This document shows, one piece after another, positions 1-12,000 of a stretch of DNA of 64,000 nucleotides (its first letter is position 1; every line of letters starts with the position of its first letter). Under the pieces are notes generated by a model. It saw nothing but the letters and a program-made list of their open reading frames with translations. It was not told the DNA's origin and did no database searches. Source of the stretch: Macrostomum lignano. Lineage: Eukaryota. The stretch covers positions 186,001-250,000 of the forward strand of contig NIVC01001020.1 in assembly GCA_002269645.1 (NCBI GenBank), given 5' to 3'. A program made the position numbers and the translations under genes.

Positions 1-56
1 GATGGCCTAAATAAAAATAATGCATAGCTAAATTCTATTTTGCTTTATAGCCAATC

Positions 57-3000
57 ATGGATCATCCCTATATTTGTGAGTATGCCAAGAGCAATCGGTC
101 TAGCTGCAAAGGCTGCAAGATGTCTATCTCAAAAGATTCGCTACGATTGGCTGTTATGGTCCAGGTAAGGCAATGGATTGTTTCAGCTGCTTATCCTAGT
201 TGGCCAAAAAAACCATAGTTGCTGATATCTAGGTATTTAAGTCAAAGTTAGTCTTGCAATAACAAGTATCATTTTAAGGCATTCTTACTCTTGCCTTATG
301 TGCTGTGCTAGGTTTTGTAGTGTCATTTAGCATTTTATATATATTTGTTTTTGTCCTTTTTTTGCCCTTGAATTTATAGTGCATAGTTAATTGGTTTGGA
401 GACATATTTGCCTTTTCCACCCTGTTACCTAGGGCCTGTGCTATAAATTTAAGAAGGGGAACTAGGAGTCAGGAGTGCTCCTAGCAACGGGTGAATTGAT
501 TTTGTCTGCTATAGAGTTCAAGAATCAGGAGTTAGAGCTAGGAGTTGTTCCAATGAGTGCAGCATAAAAGTGAGGAGGAGTTCTAAGGTAATTGGCTAAG
601 GAGTCTACCAATCTGTGTGCTACGATATTAAACTCCTAAATGTGTGCATCTTACAAAGTAGTTCTACGAGTATTACTATGAAAAGCGGATGTTATTAGCA
701 AAAGCAATAAAACATTTTAGGCTACCAGGTTGGGAATTTAATTAGGAGCAAAAGGGAGTGCATTTAATTAGTTGATAGACTAGACAATAAATAGGAGTTG
801 GTTCAACTGCTATTAAAATAAATTTCTCTCATTTGATAAACAACTAACACTCAAATAAGAAATATCACACAAGGAGGGTCATTTAGAATTATGAATATAA
901 TTTTTGATGGTTTAAGATGCAACATGTTTGTTGGAACTAGTGTACAAAATGTAGAAGTGCATTGAGAGGGAGAACAAACAAGGGGATAATTAGGGACTCG
1001 GCTCTTTGAGCTTAAGGTAACAGGCACTTTAGCTTATTCTATAGGACAGGAACTAAAATATACTCTTATACATGTACAGCAACTCCTAGCTCCTACTCCC
1101 TACTTATTCTGTAGCACGGGCCCCTCCCTGGTCGTTGGGTGTTGAGCGCATGTGTGGTCTAAATTCATAATGCCAAATAAACAAACCAGGACGTTGGCTA
1201 CCAAAACTAATTTGCATGGCCAGTGCAATTTCAATGTTGTGCACGTATGATAAGTCAATGACACACTAGGCGCACAAAAACAAGCTGACTGAAGTTCTAG
1301 GTTGTCCACACTTGCTGCTCTCAGGATGAGCATTCGTGGCCACACTGCAGGACCTAAGAATGGTTTCCACATCCATCATTTCTCCATTGTTCTAGTCACC
1401 GCATTTCGATGGCAAAGTGCCCAACTGGTTTCACTTTGCCTGCTTCTTCAAACGGCAACGACCAAAGAGTGTGGCGGACATTGGCCACTTCGACTCGCTT
1501 CGCTGGGGCGATCAAGGAAAAATTAGGGAGAAAATCGGTGAGCATGTTTCTGCGAATCTCAGTTGCTGGGCCAGCCTCCCAGATCCCCAGTTGCTGGGCC
1601 AGCCTCCCAGATCCCCAGTTGCTGGGCCAGCCTCCCAGATCCTCAGTTGCCGGGCCAACCTCCCAGATCCCCAGTTGCTGGGCCAGCCTCCCAGATCCTC
1701 AGTTGCCGGGCCAACCTCCCAGATCCCCAGTTGCTGGGCCAGCCTCCCAGATCCTCAGTTGCCGGGCCAACCTCCCAGATCCCCAGTTGCTGGGCCAGCC
1801 TCCCAGATCCTCAGTTGCCGGGCCAACCTCCCAGATCCTCAGTTGCTGGGCCAGCCTCCCAGATCCTCAGTTGCCGGGCCAGCCTCCCAGATCCTCAGGT
1901 GCTGGGCCACCAGCCTCCCAGATCCTCAGTTGCTGGGCCACCAGCCTCCCAGATCCTCAGTTGCCGGGCCAGCCTTCCAGATCCCCAGTTGCTGGGCCAG
2001 CCTCCCAAATCCTCAGTTGCTGGGCCAACCTCCCAAATCCTCAGTTGCTGGGCCAGCCTCCCAGATCCCCAGTTGCTGGGCCAGCCTCCCAGATCCTCAG
2101 TTGCCGGGCCAACCTCCCAGATCCTCAGTTGCTGGGCCAGTCTCCCAGATCCTCAGTTGCCGGGCCAGCCTCCCAGATCCTCAGCTGCTGGGCCACCAGC
2201 CTCCCAGATCCTCAGTTGCTGGGCCACCAGCCTCCCAGATTCTCAGTTCCTGGGCCAGCCTCCCAGATCCTCAGTTCCTGGGCCAGCCTCCCAGATCCTC
2301 AGTTGCTGGGCCACCAGCCTCCCAGATCCTCAGTTGCTGGGCCAGCCTCCCAGATCCTCAGTTGCTGGGCCAACCTCCCAAATCCTCAGTTGCTGGGCGA
2401 GCCTCCCAGATCCTCAGTTGCTGGGCCAACCTCCCAAATCCTCAGTTGCTGGGCCTACCTCCCAGATCCTCAGGTGCTGGGCCAGCCTCCCAAATCCTCA
2501 GTTGCTGGGCCAACCTCTTAAATCCTCAGTTGCTGGGCCAGCCTCCCAGATCCCCAGTTGCTGGGCCAGCCTCCCAGATCCTCAGTTGCCGGGCCAACCT
2601 CCCAAATCCTCAGTTGCTGGGCCAGTCTCCCAGATCCTCAGTTGCCGGGCCAGCCTCCCAGATCCTCAGGTGCTGGGCCACCAGCCTCCCAGATCCTCAG
2701 TTGCTGGGCCACCAGCCTCCCAGATCCTCAGTTGCTGGGCCAGCCTCCCAGATCCTCAGTTGCTGGGCCAGCCTCCCAGATTCTCAGTTCCTGGGCCAGC
2801 CTCCCAGATCCTCAGTTGCTGGGCCACCAGCCTCCCAGATCCTCAGTTCTGGGCCAGCCTCCCAAATCCTCAGTTGCTGGGCCAACCTCCCAGATCCTCA
2901 GTTGCTGGGCCAGCCTCCCAGATCCTCATTTGCTGGGCCAGCCTCCCAGATCCTCAGTTGCTGGGCCAGCCTCCCAGATCCTCAGTTGCTGGGCCAGCCT

Positions 3001-6000
3001 CTCAGATCCCCAGTTGCTGGGCCAGCCTCCCAGATCCTCAGTTGCCGGGCCAACCTCCCAAATCCTCAGTTGCTGGGCCAGTCTCCCAGATCCTCAGTTG
3101 CCGGGCCAGCCTCCCAGATCCTCAGGTGCTGGGCCAGCCTCTCAGATCCCCAGTTGCTGGGCCAGCCTCCCAGATCCTCAGGTGCTGGGCCACCGTTGCC
3201 TTCTCAGATCCCCAGTTGGCACCGCCCTCCCAGACCTTCCACATCCCCAGTTGGTATTGACCTCCCCATGCCCGCAGGCGGCGGGGCCTCAGCTTCTGCT
3301 GACGGTGACGACGGCGATGACGATGAGCCGCCGGTGAACCTGAAGGACTTCAAAGTGGAATACGCCAAGAGCGGCAAATCCAAGTGTCGAGCCTGCGATT
3401 CCTTTATTCCCAAGGTGAGATTAGCTTGTCGTAACCTTAGATTTGGTTAGCCTCATCAGACTACTGTCTTAGTAGTCTTAGTTAAGCAGAAATTCCCGAA
3501 AAGCCTGGATGCTGTTGACTGGAAAATTTGTTAATATGCGGGGCATAAAAGGAAGACTCGCTTCTCTTCGAATAATACGAGTCGTAATTAGGCCTATAAA
3601 GTACAGTTTTGTTCTTTAACACGGAGCGTTTGTTTATTTTGTGTTTTTTGTGTCAATGAAGGTGACAGAGTATCTGGAGTAAAAAAATAGTAGCATAGTA
3701 AGGGTTTGAAGCTTATTTTTTAGGGTGATAGTTGTAACGCAGCTCGCGTCGGATCTCAAAGTTGCAGGGTATTTACAGAGCGCTGGGGTTCACAACAAAG
3801 CTCAGTGGACGGTGATTGACCAGATTGAAATTTATTTTTTAGTGTCAAGCTAATTTAGGATTTGTATTAGTCTGTGTCTCCAAGATAAATTTGGTTTGCA
3901 CAATCCAGTCTTGACTTTGGTTAAATCCGTTTGGTTTCGGTGTCTGAGAATTTACCAGTTGCCATGGCAACTAGATGCCTTCCGGTGTTGTCTGCCTTGA
4001 TGGTCGCGCATGCTGCTGGCCCGGCGCTTGTCAATGGGATGGTGAGCGACTGGCCCGGCCACCGGCTGCGGCGGCACCAGCAAGTGCTGCTGATGCTGCT
4101 GCATCATGAGCATGTGCTGGTGCTGCTGCTGCTGCATCGGCCCGCCAAAATTTGGCAGCCTGCGCGATCGAACGCTGCTAGTTCGCGAGTGCCTAGCGAA
4201 CAGGCTCTCCTCGCCTTTGCTCGACGCGGCTGTTGACGCTCCAGTTGAACTGGCAGTCGGTGATAAAGTTGAATGAGTTCCCGAGCTGCCAGCACGACCT
4301 CCGGGCGAATCGTCGATGCCGTAGATGGCGAATAGACGGCGAACTCCGCTGCTGGGCAATCCCAGAAAAATATTCGGCATGGCGTTGCGCCTGCTGCTCA
4401 GATTCAGGTCGGCCGCGCTCGGCGTTGTCGACGACGAGGAGGCGCCGCCGCCAAGTCCGGCTCGCACGGTGTTGCATCTTCGAAGTCCGTCGCGAGCCCG
4501 CTTGCCCAGCGCCGCCAGCGGGCTCCAGTGCTTCATGCTGCCGCCGCGTTTGCCGCCGCCGCTGCTACCGTCTCCGTCGTTGTCCGTGCCAGCAGCTGCC
4601 GCTCCGGGCGTCAGCAGCAGACTCGGGCTTGCCTGTCTCGCACTGCAGCCGCTGTCGTTGATTCCGCTGCTGCAACCACCGCCGTCTCGCCTGTCTGTTG
4701 CGGCTTCAACCGCCGGCTCTCGACTGTATTTATAGTCGGATCGAAGCATTGCTATATGATCAGTTGCCGAAGCTTCTATCAGTCTTATCTTTGACCTTCT
4801 ATTGACACTTGGTCAACTCGGTCGTGCAAATCAGTCGGGTGGTCGGAACTTGATTTTCTAGCCTGCTTGCACAGACCCTCTTCGGTTTTGATGAACTAAT
4901 TTTGGTCGAGCCGCTAACCTTGGGACGTTTTGGACTATTCTTAGCTCTGCTCCAGTCCGGCCAAGGTGTGATAACTGTCTGTCCGAATCCGCAGAGACTG
5001 ACAGCTGCCGCCTGTGCGTGCCGGAATTGATGGGGCCTGGGTTCTGTCTGGCTAGACGAATAGAGGCTAGAAAATGCGGATTGAATTGGGCTGGGTGACG
5101 CGACGGGTCACACAGCGAATTTGCTTCAATTCATTAGGCTTAGTTTTTCAACTTCCTTTCCTCCTTTTCGGCCTTTTTCTCAACCGAAATGGGAAAATCT
5201 TCATCAAGCTCTATAATGGGGATTTTTGCGTAAAAGGAAGCACAATCCCGCGATTTGCTGCGAATTCCTCCTCCAATCGTTGCGCTTTGAGTCTAGTTAT
5301 TTCCCTGGAGATTGCAGTTTCCTGTCGCCTGTCTTCTGCTTTTTTCCACTGACAATTGCCATATAGTCCTGAATTCGATTTCCTAAATCGGCACGCTCCC
5401 GGTTGTAGTGCATAGCTGTCTCATATCCTGCTTTATAGTAGTCAATGCTATCGAATTGTTTGGCAGCAATTGGTTTAATGCCCCCCCCCCCTGCGTGCCC
5501 TTAGTGATCGTGCACTCGTCATTGTATGCTTGTGCGACTCGAATAAGGCATATTTCTCTACTTTTCTGTCTCTAACTAGAACCCCCCTTGCTCAAAGTTT
5601 CCATTGCCAGGCCGGGCAAAGCTAGGGCTAGCCTTCATTCCATCTCCATAATGATATGGCCGCTTTCTCTTTGCCTCCGGGGCCTGTAATTGCACCTGCC
5701 CTAGGAGCAGCGGTGCTTGTTCAGTCAGACTGCCCAGTTTAGCCAGAGTCTGTCTTGCTTGAGGCCTATAGTCTGTGTCCTTTGATTAGAGCCTGAGTCC
5801 GAGTGCCTTCATCATCAGTTCCTCCATAGTTTGACCCGCCGCCTGTCCCTATATTTTTTTCTGAGGCAAGAGACTTCGAGGGCCTTGTCTAGCGTCTCTT
5901 TCAGTTGCTGCGCATTCGGATTTCGAAGCTTATTTCTGCTATGCTACCTACTTTTGCTCCAATTGTTTGCTTTAATGCTATCCAGTGCTTTAAATCATTT

Positions 6001-9000
6001 TCTTGCACCTGGGCTGGGATAGGTTTGCCTTGCTTTCCATTGCCGCTCTGGGTAGCTCCCTTCTCACATGTTAATCCTTGCAGCATCTGTCGCTGGCTCT
6101 GATATATATCTCCTCACCCCACTCAGCTGCTGCCGGCCATTCCTCTGCGTAATCCAATATTTATCTGCCAACATTCTTACCAGGCACATATGCACAAGTC
6201 AGGGTTTGTTTTACTACTGAGCTACTAAGACTTTGTGCTGTCGTAGCAGACTGCCGGTCGCCGAAAATGAAATGATTTATACAAAAAATCTGCTGGATCA
6301 AAATCGGAATACAGTAGGATTATGGCATTAACTGGGCGGGTTTTATTGCCACTGACTTGTAAACAGTGTCCGGTTGGTCGTTCGCGTTGACTCCCGACTG
6401 ACTCGGAGCTTTACTTGAGTCGCATTACTTGCTTTGGTCCGAGTTTCAATGTTGTTTTTTTCGTCAAGTGGAAGCACTTAACTTTGAGCTCTGAATCGTA
6501 TGTGCAGTGCAGTGGGGCTCATTAGCCCTGTTTCAACGCTCAAGAAAGAGTTCTTCCGCCCAGTTTTTCCACTTCATATTTCATCCATCTTACTCATCTG
6601 CTTTTAGCGTCTCATGCATGCGTGCCGTGAGTTATGAAATTCAGTGTGGCTGCTGGCCTTCCAACCAGCGCACTCTCCGGTCTCCGTCCGTTCGCTGCCT
6701 CAGCTGCTGCAGCTTGTGTGTCGCCACGGTCATTAGCCTGTGTGGCTCGTTTCAAACCTCAGTTAATCAATTGAATTTCGGGCATCGCAGACTCCGCTCG
6801 TAAGGGGCCTACTATATAGAGCCAGCTTGGAGAAGGGCTCGCGTTGCTCTTGGCAAACAGGCTTGCAGTGTTATAAGGCTCGTGTCCTTGACTAGACTCC
6901 CCAGCGGCCGAGTACATCATTATAAAATGTGTTTTCTATTCTCTTTGAAGAGCCTTTTTATCCTATATGGGTGGAAAAGCCGCAAACAGGTTTTGATCTT
7001 CCTAAGAGATAAAAAGCTTACACAAGCTTATATATTTTCTTGATCGTGACTGGTTTTGCTTCTGGCCAGATTTGGGAAAACTTCTAATATTTATCTCCAT
7101 TTTCTTCGAATTGCGATTTGCGAAATAATTATTTCTTCGGAGGCTTAGCAATCAGTGCCATGGATACTCTGATCTTCACTTAGAGCTGTGACTCTTGGGC
7201 ACGCGTACGCAGTCAGTCAGTCAGTCAGTTTTTTTCAGCCTCGGCATTGATAGAAAATTCGTGTTTTGTCGAGTCTTGCGTCTCACCTGGGATTCGGTCA
7301 GAAGCGAGTCGAAGTTCGGGATCGATGATGGAAATTTGAATTCAATTTGTTTCTTGGCTTGTACGCCGCGTGTTTTCTTAGATACATCTTTGGGCTTGGG
7401 ATGTTTTTGTAAGTTAAAATCATATTTTTAGTAGCTTTGCGGGAGCTTCAGCTATGGTACATGCCTCGAGATAATGATTAGTACAGTCTGGCATGTAAAA
7501 ACATTCACTGATAAGGATATAAATGGTTGAGATTAGATTGCATGTCAACTGCTGGGGATTAGAAGGATATAAAATGGGATTTCATGTCAACTGCTGGGGA
7601 TAGGAGGATAAAATGGGATTTCATGTCAACTTCTGGGGATAGGAGGATAAAATGGGATTTCATGTCAACTGCTGGGGATTAGAAGGATATAAAATGGGAT
7701 TTCATGTCAACTGCTGGGGATAGGAGGATAAAATGGGATTTCATGTCAACTTCTGGGGATAGGAGGATAAAATGGGATTTCATGTCAACTTCTGGGGATA
7801 GGAGGATAAAATGGGATTTCATGTCAACTTCTGGGGATAGGAGGATAAAATGGGATTTCATGTCAACTGCTGGGGATAGGAGGATAAAATGGGATTTCAT
7901 GTCAACTGCTGAGGATAGGGGGATAAAATGGGATTTCATGTCAACTGTTAAGGAGGATTAAGAAGATAAAGTGGGATTTCATGTCAACTGCTGGGGATTA
8001 AGAGGATAAAATGTGGATTTTTGTTAACTTCTGGGATTAGGAGGATAAAATGGGGATTTCATGTCAGCTGCTGGGGATTCTCCCCATATCCCCATTAGGA
8101 TAAAATGGGGATTTCATGTCAGTTGCTGGGGGTTCCGAGGATAAAACGGGGATTTCATGTCAGCTGCTGGGGATTTCATGTTACTGTCAACGCCAATCAC
8201 ACAGGGAGAAGTTCGCATTGCGGGCAAAGACTTCGACTCGGCTCAGGCGAAGGCCTACGGGCCTGTGGACTGCTGGCACCACGTTGACTGCTTTGTGCAG
8301 CGCCGGAGCAGCTGGAACTTCACTGATAGCTGCAATATTGAGCTGTGAGACGGGGTTTCTGCATTATATTATTATTATTGTATTGCTTTTGCTGCTCTCT
8401 CCAATTTACTGACCGTAGGCACTCTTAAGGGGTGAAGTCACACTGTAAATGACTAGCTGTAAATTATGCGTGAAGTTTATTCTGGCATTGACTTAGACGC
8501 TTTCAAAGTGAAATCACTCTGGCACTGTGTTCACACTGAGTGAAATCACTCTGACTGGCACTGTGTTCACACTGAGTGAAATCACTGACTGGCACTGTGT
8601 TCACACTGAGTGAAATCACTCTGACTGGCACTGTGTTCACACTGAGTGAAATCACTCCGACTGGCACTGTGTTCACACTGAGTGAAATCACTCTGACTGG
8701 CACTGTGTTCACACTGAGTGAAATCACTCTGACTGCACTGTGTTCACACCGAGTGAAGTCACACTGGCTGGCACTCTGATCACACTGAGTGAAATCACTC
8801 TGACTGGCACTGTGTTCACACTAAGTGAAATCACTCTGACTGGCACTTTGTTCACACCGAGTGAAGTCACACTGGCTGGCACTGTGTTCACACTGAGTGA
8901 AATCACTCTGACTGCACTGTGTTCACACCGAGTGAAGTCACACTGGCTGGCACTCTGATCACACTGAGTGAAATCACTCTGACTGGCACTGTGTTCACAC

Positions 9001-12000
9001 TAAGTGAAATCACTCTGACTGGCACTTTGTTCACACCGAGTGAAGTCACACTGACTGGCACTGTGTTCACCCCGTGTGAAATCAGCTTGAATAAGTAAAG
9101 TCAATTTCCAATGTCCTGATGCGTGCGCGATCTCAATGTACACAAACAATAATTCCATAATGCCAAGGCATATCGATCTCATTGATCCCTCTGCTCAACA
9201 TTCTCGCCATCCCCTATCGCGCAGCATCTCCGGGTTCGCCGGGCTCAAAGCCGAGGACAAGACCGAGCTGAAGACCAAGCTGCCTTACGAAGAACCAGCC
9301 GCCAAGGGGTGAGTGTGTGTTTGTGTGTGTGTTTCGGGGGTGTGATGGGGAAGGGAATACAGAGCTCGCTCATTTCCCAGAGCTCGCTCATTTCCCAGAT
9401 CCCCCTCGGGAATCCCAGCTCGAGAGGCCGCGGCGATGATAGTTAACTCCCCCCATTTTTTAACGAGTTGTCTGTCAGTTTCAATGGCGCACAGGCGACA
9501 GCGGAGGGGCGGCAATTTCTTGTCTCTGAGGAAGAAAGCAGAAGTGCGTGATGCAGGTTTTTTGGCTTTGAAGCAAGGCGAAAGAAAGTTAGAAAATTCA
9601 AAGACTCATCTGTGTGCCTCTGCGAGGCTCTGGCTTTAATAAGGCTTTAATTAGCCCACCTGAATTTAAATAAGACAGCTCGGTGAGTAGGACTCGTCTC
9701 GTCCAATACACAGGCAGGCTGTAAACATCATTATTGCCTTCCGAACCTGTCACACTTGAATGCAGTCTTCGCAACTTCTGTAGACAGACATAGTGACAGA
9801 CAGTATTGCTGACAGACAGTATTGCTGACAGACAGTATTGGTGACAGACAGTATTGCTGACAGACAGTATTGCTGACAGACAGTATTGCTGACAGACAGT
9901 ATTGCTGACAGACAGTATTGCTGACAGACAGTATTGGTGACAGACAGTATTGCTGACAGACAGTATTGCTGACAGACAGTATTGCTGACAGACAGTATTG
10001 ATGACAGGCAGTATTGCTGACAGACAGTATTGCTGACAGACAGTATTGCTGACAGACAGTATTGCTGACAGACAGTATTGCTGACAGACAGTATTGATGA
10101 CAGACAGTATTGCTGACAGACAGTATTGCTGACAGACAGTATTGCTGACAGACAGTATTGCTGACAGACAGTATTGGTGACAGACAGTATTGCTGACAGA
10201 CAGTATTGCTGACAGACAGTATTGCTGACAGACAGTATTGCTGACAGACAGTATTGCTGACAGACAGTATTGCTGACAGACAGTATTGCTGACAGACAGT
10301 ATTGCTGACAGACAGTATTGGTGACAGTCTTATTGGTAAAAAAACACGAGTGACAGACTAGAGTAACAGTCTGATTGTTTGACAAACACGGAGTGACAGA
10401 CAGGGGAGACAGCCTGATTAATTAACAAACACGGGGTGACAGACAGGGAAGACAGCCTGATTGATTAACAAACACGGAGTGACAGACAGGGGAGACAGTC
10501 TGATTGATTAACAAACACTGAGTGACAGACAGTGGAGGCAAGCAGATTAGGTGGCAGTGACAGTTGAAAATAAAACGTGTGACAGACAGAGTGACGGCCC
10601 CATCTCGCTCCCCCCCATCAGCAAGAAGCGGCCAGCGAAGAAGTCGGGAGGCGCTGCAGCCGGCGCCGCGGACGGCAAGGACGAGCCGAAGTCGAAGAAA
10701 AGCAAATTGGACCCGGAAGAGGCCAAGCTGAAGGTTTGCAGCGAGTTATTAAGAATTATTTTAATTGCCTCTTTAAAAATAAAACTCGATTGATTTCAGT
10801 TCAGTTTGATGACTTCTGGGGTCCGAGTTTTAATGCCTCACCCCCCCCCCCCGAGGTTCTGGCTTAGTTTCCCAGGGCTTGATCTTCTCCAACTGTCTGA
10901 TTTATTACCGCGGATGGATAGGATAAGCGCATGACATCCGGGATTGCCCTGATTGATGTGCTGCTCTGGCCTCTGCGCGCCCATCTTTACCCTGGATGAG
11001 TCTGAATAACACTTGAGATTCCTACTCCAATATCTATGCACTGCATGCGTTTAGTTCTGACCAATATAGAATCTTTAAAATCAGATTTGGTGAACGGGCG
11101 TGACCGCGCCACATGAGGAACCTGACGGTGAAGTGAAGTGGCAGATAATACGCGGTGTACTTTCACAAAAATGCATTTCTGACACAGATGCGCTTCAGAC
11201 CCATAGGCGTTTCAGAATCGCAAGCAAAACGCCTGCCTCAAATTGACTGTCACGGGGAATGATTGAAGATTTTTATTGCGACTTCACTTCTTTATTACTT
11301 TACCTGTGTTACCTGCAACGACTTTAGTGCGACACAAGTGCCTCAGGGTCGCTTCTTGGCCTCGGCAATAGGGAAACATTACAGATCCCGAGGATTTGCT
11401 CTTAAACATCCCAGATCCTCAGGATTAGTGAATAAACATCCCAGATCCTTGGGATTAGTGCTTAAACATCCCAGATCCTCAGGATTAGTGATTAAACATC
11501 CTAGATCCTTGGGATTAGTGCTTAAACATCCCAGATCCTCAGGATTAGTGATTAAACATCCCAGATCCTTGGGATTAGTGCTTAAACATCCCAGATCCTC
11601 AGGATTAGTGAATAAACATCCCAGATCCTTGGGATTAGTGCTTAAACATCCCAGATCCTCAGGATTAGTGATTAAACATCCCAGATCCTTGGGATTAGCG
11701 CTTAAACATCCCAGATCCTCAGGATTAGTGATTAAACATCCCAGATCCTTGGGATTAGTGCTTAAACATCCCAGATCCTCAGGATTAGTGATTAAACATC
11801 CCAGATCCTTGGGATTAACTCTTAAACATTCTATGACCGCTTTATGCACCGTTTTCATCTGGAAAGTGTAACAATTTTCAGGCTACTAAAAATGTTTTTA
11901 TTTCTCTCTGCGCTTTGCACTACTACTTAGCCTGCTGTGAAGTAGTGTGAATCGAATATTAATTTAAACAAATTTCATTATCCACAGACTCAAAACGAAG

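Noticed and set aside
7530-9075. Regular 36-39-bp repeats as CRISPR arrays
   Set aside because: The units are head-to-tail with no unique spacers, there are no cas genes, and the context is spliced eukaryotic genes.
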